This document shows positions 1-9,756 of a stretch of DNA of 43,277 bases, piece by piece. Below the pieces are notes generated by a model. That model worked only from the letters and a program-made list of their open reading frames with translations, was not told the origin of the DNA and searched no databases. The position numbers were made by a program, and so were the translations under genes. The first letter of the stretch is position 1; each line of letters begins with the position of its first letter. Source of the stretch: Chiloscyllium plagiosum (taxonomy: Eukaryota); assembly GCF_004010195.1 (NCBI RefSeq), contig NC_057750.1:2108929-2152205 (forward strand), written 5' to 3'.

Positions 1-196
1 GGTTTAGACAGTACATTTGATCGGCTCAGGCTTGGAGGGCTGAAGGGCCTGTTCCTGGGTTGTAAATTTTCTTTGTTCTATGTTCTCTATTCGACCTCTC
101 CTAATAACTGAAACCCTCCAACCCTGACAACATCTTTGTAAATTTTTTTTGCTCATTTCTATTAAGAAGGTTCCTGATTTTAACTAACATGGATCT

Positions 197-418
197 AGGA
201 GAAAGTGAGGACTGCAGATGCTGGAGAGTCAGAGTCAAAAAAGGTGGCATTGGAAAAGCACAGCAGGTCAAGCAGCATCCAAGGAGCAGGAGAGTCCACG
301 TTTTGCGCATAAGCCCTTCATTATTCCTGATGAAGAGTTTATGTCTGAAATGTTGACTGTCTTGCTTCTCTGATCTGCCTGACCTGCTGTGCTTTTCCAG
401 CACCACCCATTTCGACTG
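197..418. mobile_element. Penelope-like terminal-repeat palindrome (family A) with degenerate hammerhead cores
   Basis: Inverted arms centred near 325 (cttcat...cctgatgaag). Flanked by actaacatggatct (183-196) and actaacaaggatct (419-432). Confidence 0.7.
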
Positions 419-509
419 ACTAACAAGGATCTGTTGAGCCATCTTGTCTGAGAGTCGATACAGACCAACATCGGATCAGAGACATGACGTTCATCTTTTT
501 TTTCAACAG

Positions 510-753
510 ATGCAGCATAACATAATTCTACAAGCCAAACAGTCTGCAGCGAACCAGACTGTGAGTGGGCTTGGCCCACTGAGCAATCAGGCACCCACCA
601 TGCTAATCAGTAGCCAGGTGCAGTCTCCCAGTGTGCCAGCTCAGGTACATACCACCTCAGCCAGTATGAAATCCCAGCCTCATGGGGGAGGTCAAGCAGC
701 CCTAGCAACACTGCTTCAACAGACATCCGTCCTTGTGAAGACATCTTCAGCAG
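510..753 (+). CDS. BICRA: BICRA/GLTSCR1 internal coding exon (phase 0 to 1), Gln/Ser/Pro-rich region
   Basis: Acceptor tcttttttttcaacAG at 508-509, donor CAG|GTACAG at 754. Open frame MQHNIILQAKQ...LGPLSNQAPTMLISSQ resembles the recalled human BICRA segment QIILQNK...SLGPLTSPAASVLVSGQ. Phase joins the next exon. Confidence 0.8.
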
Positions 754-1463
754 GTACAGCTACCAAATTCATTAATTACAGTCATTCTCTACTGAGACTG
801 TCCTCTTCCCCAATTCACTGTCTGAGTTGATATTTACATTTTTATAGCACCTTTCACAACTTCTGGGTACTCCCAAAGATCTTTCAAGTCAGTGAAGGTT
901 TTTTTTGGCTTGTAGCCACTGTTGTAAAGTAAGAAACCTGGCAGCCAAATTACACACCGCAAGCTCCCACAAATAGCATTGAGGGGATGCGAAAATAACG
1001 TATTTTTTCAATGTGAAGAAGTAATATTGCTGAGGACACTGGTAGTTCGTTTGATGCTCGCCAGATTTATGTTATGGGATCTTCTGCATCCACTTGAGGG
1101 GGGAAGGTGGGTAACTTTGGTTAATGTCCCAATCAGAAGTTGGCACCACCACCACCAATGCAGCACTCCTTAGGTATTACACCGGGAGTGGCAAACCTTA
1201 AGGAGTGGGATTTGAATCAACAACCATCTGACTTGTCCCTTGGTGTAAGCTGTGGCTTAGAACCCAAGAGAAGCAAAGCTGAGTGTCACAAATGCAGGTT
1301 GTGTTTCCTGATGTTTCATTGTGTCACCTGGTAGAAAATTCTGTGAACACAGTAAACTGAAGTTGATGTTGCTGCGGTATTTAATGGTCCAATGAATTGC
1401 TTCATTAGTAGAGATAAGTTTACTCCTATAACTCATTAAACATAATCCTCCTCATTATGTCAG

Positions 1464-1606
1464 GTACCACGACCACAACAAGGTCTCCAGACAGCAAAGT
1501 CATCTCGGGGGGAGTACCTGGAGGCACCTGCCACATCCAGCAGGGAGCAGCGGTCCCTATACAGATGAAACCTCTTGCACAGCACCAGATTCAACCAGCC
1601 CTGCAG
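1464..1606 (+). CDS. BICRA: BICRA internal coding exon (phase 1 to 0)
   Basis: Acceptor cctcctcattatgtcAG, donor CAG|GTAGCA. Encodes (G)TTTTTRSPDSKVISGG...QIQPALQ. Phase is compatible with both neighbours. Confidence 0.75.
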
Positions 1607-2945
1607 GTAGCAATTGTAGCTTTCATATCTATGACAACAAACCTGTTTTCAACTTGCAACTTTTCCAATTGAGAAGTACCCAAATGGTTTGCTTGACAAA
1701 TTCTCTTGGCATGGTGACAGGTGTGAGTGTGAACAGTAAATGATACTTTGCATCGGTTTGACCGTAGAGGATAGAAGTATACCTGGAGAAACTAAATAAG
1801 AAAATGGATAGGAAAAAGGAACTTGAGAAAAGTCCAGGGAAGTGGCACTGAGTAAATTGTTGGAGTTGTGGGCTCACAGGGACTTCCTCCTCGGATCGTG
1901 AAAGAAATGCATTTAATTTGATTGATTGTTTACTTTCCAAATTTACCAGATTCAAGGAACGTTCTATTAGATTGTAGACCAGAAAACGTAATGGCTTTAT
2001 TCAAAAAGGAACAAAGACCAAAAGTAGGAAATTACAGGCCAGCTATTGCGACATCTGTCAAAGGGAAAATACCAGAAGCTGCTTTTAAGCACACTGAAGC
2101 AGGCCATTAGATAACAATGAAGGTGGTCATGGCAGCGTCAGCATGCTCTAGTGAAAGAGAGATTTTGCTGAACCATTTTACTGGAATTACTTGATTTTAA
2201 AAAAGGTAAAGGAGTACAGGTAGATGTACTATATTTAGATTTCAGAAAGTATTTGATAAGGTGCTTCGTCAAAGAATATTGCAGGAAATCAAAGCTCAGG
2301 TAAAGGGAAACATATTTGTACAAGTAGAAAGTTGGCTGGCTAACATAAACCAAAGTGGGTATAAGGGGATCATTTTCTGGTTGGTAAGATGTGAACAGTG
2401 ACCACAAGACACAGGAGCAGTAGGCCATTAACCCATCTGTCATCCATTGAGATCGCAGCAGATCTAATAATCCTCAACTCCCACTTTCCTGCCTTTTTGC
2501 CATTACCTTAATGATTAAAAATCTATCTCCACCTTGAAAGCTTAATGACTGAGCCTCTACGGTTCTTGGTAGTAAAAAATTCCACAGATTCACTGCCCCC
2601 TGAGAGAAGAAATTCCTCCACATCTAAGTGGTGGAGTAGAGGGACCAGTGCAGGGGTTTAACCTTTTCACAGTCTATTTGAATAAGGATGAAGGAACCAA
2701 AGCTATGGTTTCTAATTTGCCAATAACGTAATGATCTATTGGAAAATAAGTTGTGAAGAGATTAGGAAGCTACAAGGTGATACCCATCGTTTGAGTGAGT
2801 GGACCAGAATCATAGAATCCCTACAGTGTGGAAGCAGGCCATTTGGTCCATCGAGTCCACACTGTTCCTCTGAACAGTATTCCACCAAGATTCACACCAC
2901 ACCCCACCACACCCTCTTCCTGTAACTGTGCATTTCCCATGGCTA

Positions 2946-3138
2946 GCTGAAACTTTATTGCTGGAACAGCACAGCAGGTCAGGCAGCATCTAGGGAACAG
3001 AAGATTCGACGTTTCGGGCACATGCCCTTCTTCAGGAAGGGCATGTTCCCTAGATGCTGCCTGACCTGCTGTGCTGTTCCAGCAATAAAGTTTCAGCTTT
3101 GATCTCCAGCGTCTGCAGACCTCACTTTCTCCTCGAAG
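2946..3138. mobile_element. Penelope-like palindrome (family A) with 14-bp TSD
   Basis: Inverted arms; direct repeat atttcccatggcta at 2932-2945 and 3139-3152. Confidence 0.8.
3008..3035 (-). ncRNA. Minimal hammerhead ribozyme core (Penelope-associated)
   Basis: Reverse complement reads CUGAAGA-A-GGGCA-UG-UGCCC-GAAAC-GUC: both conserved boxes, a paired stem II and a GUC cleavage triplet. Confidence 0.65.
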
Positions 3139-3221
3139 ATTTCCCATGGCTAAACCATTTAACCTGCACATTTTGGATTGTGGAAGGAAACAAGAGCACC
3201 GGGAGGAAGCCTACACAGACA

Positions 3222-3446
3222 TGTCTAGATGGACATTTCGGAGTTTCTCACATTTGAGTTCATTCGCCAGATCTTAGCAATGCTGCCTTAGCGCCAGGGA
3301 CCGAGGTTCGATTCCACATGTGCAAACGCCACACAGACAGTCACCTGAGTGTGGAATCGAACCTCGGTCCCTGGCGCTAAGGCAGCATTGCTAAGATCTG
3401 GCGAATGAACTCAAATGTGAGAAACTCCGAAATGTCCATCTAGACA
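3222..3446. repeat. Perfect 97-bp inverted duplication (arms 3222-3318 and 3350-3446, 31-nt spacer)
   Basis: The arms are exact reverse complements by direct comparison. Confidence 0.95.
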
Positions 3447-3880
3447 GGAATAAAATAAAAATTATCTAAGTGGTGAGAGATTGCAGAGCTCTGATGTGCA
3501 GAAGGATCTGAATGTCATAGTGCATAAATCGTAAAACATTAATGTGCAGCTTCAGCATGTCTTTAGGAAAACTAATATTATAATTTATCCCAAGGGGTAC
3601 TAAATACAAAAATAGGAAGTTATGCTTCAGTTATTCACAGCAATAGTAAGACCACATCTGCAGTACTGTATGTAATATTAAACATTTTAGTTAATAAAGG
3701 ATCTAAATGCAGTGAAGGGAGTTCAGGAAAAGGTTTACGAGACTAATGACTGGATTGGCCATGATGTCTTATAAGGATAGTTTGGACAGGCTAGATTTGA
3801 ATCTGCTAGCATTTAGAAGAGAAAGAAGCAACTTGATCTAAACATGCAAGATCTTGAGTGGTCTTGACATTGTAAATGTG

Positions 3881-4193
3881 GAGCGGCACAGTGGCTCATT
3901 GGTTAGCACTGCTGTCTCACAGCGCCAGAGACCCGGATTCAATTCCCACCTCAGGTGACTGTGTGGAGTTTGCACATTCTCCCCATGTCTGCGTGGGTTT
4001 CCTCCGGGTGCTCCGGTTTCCTCCCACAGTCCAAAAATGTGCAGGTCAGGTGGATTGGCCATGCTAAATTACCCATAGTGTTAGGTGAAGGGGTAAATGT
4101 AGGGGAATGGGTTGGATGAGTTGCGCTTCGGCGGGTCGGTGTGGACCTGTTGGGCCGAAGGGCCTGTTTCCACACTGTAAGTAAGTAATCTAA
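3881..4193 (+). mobile_element. HE1-like SINE, full length
   Basis: tRNA-like A box (tggctcattgg) and B box (ggattcaattcc), core tgtgtggagtttgcacattctcccc, CR1-type tail gggccgaagggcctgtttccacactgta. Confidence 0.9.
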
Positions 4194-4593
4194 TGATGTT
4201 TCCTCTTGTGGGCGAATCTGGAACTAGGGATCAAAAATAAATTTAAAAATCAAGCATTACCCATTTAAAGCAGAGATGAGACAAAATGTTTTCTGAGGTT
4301 CATGAGTCTTTTCTTCCACCACAACTTCAGCGAGAGAGTTCCAGAGTCTTTTAATATTTTTAAGGCAGTGGTAGATGGTTTCTCATTAAGCAAGAGTTGA
4401 AGCATTATCAGGATAGACAGGAACGCAGTTTAGATCAGCTGCAATCCTAGTAAATACTGGAGTAGAATCAAGGGGGTGAATGACCCTCTCTCTATCTGTC
4501 TGTCTTTCTCACTCTCTCCCCCTCCATGTTCCCCTGACTGTTCCTATAAACTGTTGACCTACTGATGGATTAATTGTTCTTGGCTTTTCACAG

Positions 4594-4722
4594 ACTAAAC
4601 CTGGAGTAATCAGTTCAATTTCTGGTCTGAATATGAACTTGACCAAAGGACCTATCCAAATCCAGCTTCTTGGTAAAGGACTAACACAGTTAATGCCAGC
4701 GACCTCTGTCCCAGCACATCAG
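4594..4722 (+). CDS. BICRA: BICRA internal coding exon (129 nt, phase 0 to 0)
   Basis: Acceptor ttcttggcttttcacAG, donor CAG|GTACGT. Stop-free TKPGVISSISGLNMNLTKGPIQIQLLGKGLTQLMPATSVPAHQ in a non-repetitive island. Confidence 0.75.
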
Positions 4723-4899
4723 GTACGTAGGAGGATCAGAAAAACAGCTGACTTAGCCTTTCCAGCAGAATGGGCAATTGCTTCTGACCATGCTTGTTCT
4801 CTTCAGCAGTAGATAGCAAGACCTTCTAGGATTGTGGTAAAGGCCATCCCTTTTTACATTATGGGCTATATCTCTTCTTGCTTCTTTCATGCGATGTAG

Positions 4900-5525
4900 T
4901 CTACTGTGGCTCACCCAGCATTTGTTGTTGTCCCTAATTGCCCTTGAGAAGGTGAGTTGTTGTTTTGAACCAGTGCATCTCTGTGGTGTCAGTATGTAGA
5001 TCCTGATCCAATGACCATGGAAGGAAAGTGATAAACAGGAGATCCCTGATTTATTAACATCTGGCTTATGAACACTAGCTCCATTTAAGGATATACTTTC
5101 ACAAACCCGACATACGGAGTGTTTCCTTCACTTTCGAATGACTGCTTCACGTTGCCCCACATTGTGTACTGACTTCCATGCAAGTTGATTCGGGAGCAAA
5201 ACCTGTTCACAAGTCGATTTGTGCACATTGCAGGGGGGCTACCTGTGGTTGTCAGCCAGCATTGTGTGTGGGGAGCTTGGAGAGGAATCTGCAAGGGGTG
5301 GTGTTCCCATACATCTCCTTCATTTCCCCTTCTAAGTGACAGTGGGTGTGCGTTTGGAAGGTGCTGTCTGAGGAGCCTTGGGGAGTCGCTGCAGTGCACC
5401 TTGTAGATGGTACACATTGCTGCTACTGTGCGTTGGGTGGTAGAGAGAGGGGATATTGAAGGTGGTGGATAAGGTGCCACTCAGGCAGGCTGCTTCAATC
5501 TGGAGGAGCTGAGTATTGCAAAGTG
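4900..5525 (-). mobile_element. 3' fragment of an L2/CR1-superclade LINE (same family as 39805-40950), split by a ~220-bp insert
   Basis: Shares ccctaattgcccttgagaaggt and ggtgttcccat...ggaaggtgctgtctgagg...cagtgcaccttgtag with 39850-40260. Confidence 0.7.
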
Positions 5526-5884
5526 ACCAAGTTCAATCAATCTCATACCTACCGTCCTGATAGCGACTTGATGCAAGGTGAATGACATTATTTTTAACCA
5601 AATTACAGCAAGCAGTTTTAATCAGTGTGTTCAAAAAGCAGACCCAGGTAAGAGGTAAGGAAAGTTTCCAGCAGCGTGAAGTGCTTTGGAACCCGATGGG
5701 TCCAAAGTCACCGGTTCCTCCAGAGGACACATGAACAGCTCATGCTTTCTGAATTTGCTGTTTCTATTGACATCCAATATTTCCAGTTGATCTCCCTCAT
5801 TTTTCCCGCATCAGCTTTCCTTTGGTGTGATTATTCGAAATATATCTGTACTCAAGTGTTTCTTACTCCTGATATATTTCACAG

Positions 5885-5946
5885 ATGGATAATAAATTGG
5901 GAGGATCGAAGGTGCCAGTGTCCCTGAAACCAACAAAGGAAGCTGT
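5885..5946 (+). CDS. BICRA: BICRA internal coding exon (62 nt, phase 0 to 2)
   Basis: Acceptor atatatttcacAG, donor GT|GTAAGT. MDNKLGGSKVPVSLKPTKEA aligns with recalled human YESKLSGLKKPPTLQPSKEA, just before the GLTSCR1 domain. Confidence 0.85.
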
Positions 5947-6299
5947 GTAAGTGACTCCTCCAATCCAAGAATTGTAGCTCATCTGCAGAAATCGTCCATT
6001 CCCTCTCCGTCCCCTCTTTATTCTTCCATGGGGTATGGTCATCACAAACAGGGTCAGCATTTCTGGGTATTCCTAATTTCTCTTGAACTGCTAGACTGTG
6101 TCAGAGTCAACCAAATGGAACTTTAGATTTCCTTCTCTGAAGGGCATTGATGAACCAGATAGAATTTGACAGCAATCAATGATATTTGTCATCGTCATCA
6201 TTACTGAGACTAGCTTTATATTCCAGGTTCATGAATCAAATTTAATTTCCACCAAATGGAACCTGTCACTGTGAAATATTGGATTGCGCCTCTGGATTA

Positions 6300-6630
6300 T
6301 AGGATCATGGAATCCCTACAGTGTGAAAGCAGGCCACTCAACCTATTTAGTCCACACTACCCCCCCCATCCCCATCCCCACAATCCCCAAGAGCATCCCA
6401 CCAATACATACCCCCCTACCCTATGCCTGTAACCCTGCATTTCCCATGGTTAATGTGCTTAACCTCCACATCTTTGGACTGTGGCAGTGAACCAGAGCAC
6501 CTCGAGAAAACCCATGTAAACACAGGGAGAATGTGCAAACTCCATGCAGACAGTCACATGAGGATGGAATCAAACCTGGATCCCTGGCGGTGTGAGGCCG
6601 CAGTGTTAACTACTGAGTCACCATGACACC
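6300..6630 (-). mobile_element. HE1-like SINE
   Basis: Reverse-complement match to 3881-4193. Confidence 0.88.
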
Positions 6631-6833
6631 TCCTATTACCAGGCTTTGTAGTCTGGAGTACTGGTCCAGCCTGTAACCACTGTGCCCCAGTCACTATGCT
6701 TTTTGATTTTCCCCCAAAACCTCCTGTTCTCCACTTCCCTATGTTACAGTCGCGATATAAATGTGAAGGGTTTTGTAAATCACTTGTACTCCTCAAAATA
6801 CCATGTTTGTTTCGAGATGTCACCTCTCAAAGC

Positions 6834-7333
6834 NNNNNNNNNNNNNNNNNNNNNNNNNNNNNNNNNNNNNNNNNNNNNNNNNNNNNNNNNNNNNNNNNNN
6901 NNNNNNNNNNNNNNNNNNNNNNNNNNNNNNNNNNNNNNNNNNNNNNNNNNNNNNNNNNNNNNNNNNNNNNNNNNNNNNNNNNNNNNNNNNNNNNNNNNNN
7001 NNNNNNNNNNNNNNNNNNNNNNNNNNNNNNNNNNNNNNNNNNNNNNNNNNNNNNNNNNNNNNNNNNNNNNNNNNNNNNNNNNNNNNNNNNNNNNNNNNNN
7101 NNNNNNNNNNNNNNNNNNNNNNNNNNNNNNNNNNNNNNNNNNNNNNNNNNNNNNNNNNNNNNNNNNNNNNNNNNNNNNNNNNNNNNNNNNNNNNNNNNNN
7201 NNNNNNNNNNNNNNNNNNNNNNNNNNNNNNNNNNNNNNNNNNNNNNNNNNNNNNNNNNNNNNNNNNNNNNNNNNNNNNNNNNNNNNNNNNNNNNNNNNNN
7301 NNNNNNNNNNNNNNNNNNNNNNNNNNNNNNNNN
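6834..7333. other. Assembly gap (500 N)
   Basis: Run of N characters; the round length suggests a placeholder scaffold gap. Confidence 0.99.
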
Positions 7334-7814
7334 CCGTGTAGTATAGGTAGACCCACATCTGCTGTTGAGGGAGAATTCCAGCAATGAAGGAACCGTTTTA
7401 TAGTTCCAAATCCAGATTATGGATAGTTGAGAGGAGAACATGCAAGGGGGTAGTGTTTCCATGTACCTGCTGCCCTCGTCCTTCTAGATAGTAGCGAAAG
7501 GTGCTGATGAAGGAGATTTGAGTTTTTGTAGTACACCTTGTGGATGTTACAAACCACCATCACTGCGTGGTGGTAGTAAAATACTGATTGGGCAGAAGGA
7601 GTCTCCCAGCTTTGCCCCAATTTCTCAAACCTGTAGGTGGCTAGATTGAAAGAAAAACAAAGTCTCTGGACGGTGAAGAGTGAGTTTAGAAGAGAAGAGG
7701 CCAGTTAACAATGTGCCACATAGCACATCCTCTAAATGTTTTCAATAAAGTATCAATAAGCTCCAGTAACTAAAGGGATTTTCCTGTGACCAGAGGGTCA
7801 GTAACCAAAGTTCC

Positions 7815-8190
7815 AAACGAACCAAACCGCAAATTGGCAGAACAACACCTCATCTTCCACGTGGGCAGCCTACATTCAACATTGAGTTCTCAAATTTCAA
7901 ATAACCTCCCTCCCCATCCCCGGACTCTCTTCCCAGCCTTTCCCCATCCCTTCCACTCCTCCCTGCCACTAACCGGATTCATTCCTCCCATTGACCAACC
8001 AGGTCATACCCTCTACCTGTCTTCACCTATCCCCACTTCACCACCCTACCCCCCGCCACCGCCTTTCTCTGCAGCTCCCCCTACACCCATTCCCTGTCCT
8101 GAAGAAGGGTTACACCCGAAACTCCAACTTCTCCACCACCTGATGCTGCCTGGCTTTGTGTTCCTCCAGCCTCCTGCCTGTCTACTTTGC
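7815..8190 (+). mobile_element. Penelope-like element 3' end (GIY-YIG C-terminus plus family A-related terminal repeat)
   Basis: Encodes RKLAEQHLIFHVGSL, typical of PLE endonuclease C-termini, then a pyrimidine-rich UTR, then cctgaagaagggttacacccgaaac (hammerhead-like, cleavage triplet lost) and gatgctgcctgg. Confidence 0.7.
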
Positions 8191-8741
8191 AAAAGAATCA
8201 GGTAGAGCTGTGAAATGTTTTTACGGACCAAGTTATGATTTGGAATTTGATGCCTGAAAGTGGGGGGGTGAAAATGATTCAAAAACCAACTTTCTGAAGG
8301 GGATGTTGGGCAATACTTGAAGAAAACTAATGCAGGGCTTTGGAGGAAAAGGAAGGTAATGGGACTCATCGGAGAGCTCTTATCAAAGAGAAATCATGGA
8401 TTTGTAATGGGCTGAATGGCCTCCTTTTAAGTGGCCCATTCAGAACAGCCACTTCCATTGTTTCTCTTCATAGATGTTGGCAACACACTGCCCATTTCCA
8501 GCAAGTTCCATATATTGTGCTTAATTATGATGGTCACATGCCTCACCCTCCTCTTCATTAAAACCTTGAACAAGAATTAATTGTACAGAAACCAACTATA
8601 CTCTGCTGGGATGTCAGAGGGTATTCTTACATTCGTTAAGACTTTACATATCTAGATCTAATCTCCCTTCCCATGCCAGTTGTTTTAAGAATATATATTT
8701 AATAATTGAAATCTGTAGCACTAAATGTTCCTCTGTTTCAG

Positions 8742-8836
8742 TGGATGAAGAATTTGAGGCTGTATCGACGCAGTTATTAAAACGTACCCAGGCCATGCTG
8801 AGCAAATACCGAATGCTGCTGTTCGAGGAGGCCAGG
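8742..8836 (+). CDS. BICRA: BICRA coding exon, GLTSCR1 domain (phase 1 to 0)
   Basis: Acceptor ttcctctgtttcAG, donor AGG|GTAACC. (V)DEEFEAVSTQLLKRTQAMLSKYRMLLFEEAR nearly matches the conserved BICRA VDEEFETVSTQLLKRTQAMLNKYRLLLLEESR. Confidence 0.96.
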
Positions 8837-9445
8837 GTAACCATTTCTGCTTTTGCTTTCTGTACACCGTCCCTGAAACTGGGGCCTACAATCCTGGATA
8901 TTTCCTGTACTTTGTTGGGGGAGGGAATGGGATGTAACATTTGTGTGGATCTTTCAAGCTTTTGGTACTAAGTTAATATTCAGGCGAGACAAGTTAAATT
9001 GATGTCGCTCTCTGGGTAACACACGAGTGAAGTGGGTTTTGGGGCCACTGTCAGTCTGGTTCAATGTTGCAACTGCGCGGATCTGCCCACAATCAGCATC
9101 CGAATTGATGCTTTCACTGAGAGGGCAGAGAATTGTGGGAAGGGTTTTGCAGTAGGTATGTGTGTTATTGTAACATCCCATCTGAGACTGCAGCTGAGGA
9201 ATCCTGGCTCGTGGGAGCTGCAGGAACCCTGTCTGCTTTGAGCCAGTGTCTCACTCTAGCTGGCTGAATAGGGCCCAGCCCACAGACCACTGACGAGGAA
9301 TGGGCGTGTTTGTCCCTGGTGTTCAAAGAGCAGCCAGGGAGGAGATTATTATGAAGATGTGGGTGTACTGTACCTTTAAGAGAGTGAAAAGCTAGCAGAA
9401 CTACCTGACAGCATCAATTGTTCTGAACAAGATATAATGCAACCT

Positions 9446-9756
9446 GTTGTGGTTCTGTTCGCCGAGCTGGGAATTTGTGTTGCAGACGTTTCGTCCCCTG
9501 TCTAGGTGACATCCTCAGTGCTTGGGAGCCTCCTGTGAAGCACTTCTGTGATCTTTCCTCCGGCATTTGTAGTGGTTTGAACCTGCCGCTTCCGGTTGTC
9601 AGTTCCAGCCGGAGGAAAGATCACAGAAGCGCTTCACAGGAGGCTCCCAAGCACTGAGGATGTCACCTAGACAGGGGACGAAACGTCTGCAACACAAATT
9701 CCCAGCTCGGCAAACAGAACCACAACAACGAGTACCCGAGCTACAAATCTTTTCAC
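9446..9756. mobile_element. Young tail-to-tail Penelope-like terminal repeat insertion (family C) with 14-bp TSD
   Basis: 119-bp inverted arms at 9446-9564 and 9608-9726 (2 mismatches seen); TSD atataatgcaacct at 9432-9445 and 9757-9770. Homologous to the 3' end of the Penelope remnant at 38181-39365. Confidence 0.85.
9651..9690 (+). ncRNA. Minimal type I hammerhead ribozyme motif
   Basis: GCA-CUGAGGA-U-GUCACCU-AGAC-AGGGGAC-GAAAC-GUC-UGC: stem I GCA/UGC, stem II 6 of 7 bp, intact core, predicted cleavage after 9687. Identical mirror copy on the - strand at 9482-9521. Confidence 0.75.

Larger units (their letters stand above)
2808..3390 (-). mobile_element. HE1-like tRNA-derived SINE, interrupted twice
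   Basis: Tail atagaatccctacagtgtggaagcaggcc and body cacacagacagtcacctgag...gaacc match the other copies in the window. Confidence 0.85.
1895..4490 (+). mobile_element. Decayed CR1-like LINE, interrupted by younger insertions (CR1 3' end on - at ~2400-2625, SINEs, Penelope palindrome)
   Basis: Remnant ORF2 motifs such as DCRPENVMALFKK..GNYRP and downstream RT and 3' end-like text; frameshifted. Confidence 0.75.

Noticed and set aside
197..418. DNA-transposon MITE interpretation of the palindromes
   Set aside because: Arms are asymmetric in length, and related termini are attached to GIY-YIG/RT remnants at 7815, 28565 and 38181, which indicates a Penelope-like origin.
3881..3960. tRNA gene-like A/B boxes (also at 10806, 12810-12900, ~31096 and other copies)
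   Set aside because: They are heads of multi-copy SINEs, with no complete cloverleaf that I could fold.
5626..5647. Alternative 22-nt microexon using the ttttaatcAG acceptor
   Set aside because: It would shift the BICRA reading frame; only the 39-nt in-frame version was kept as a candidate.
6682..7462. Six long ORFs of 178-219 aa
   Set aside because: They are artefacts of translating the N gap.
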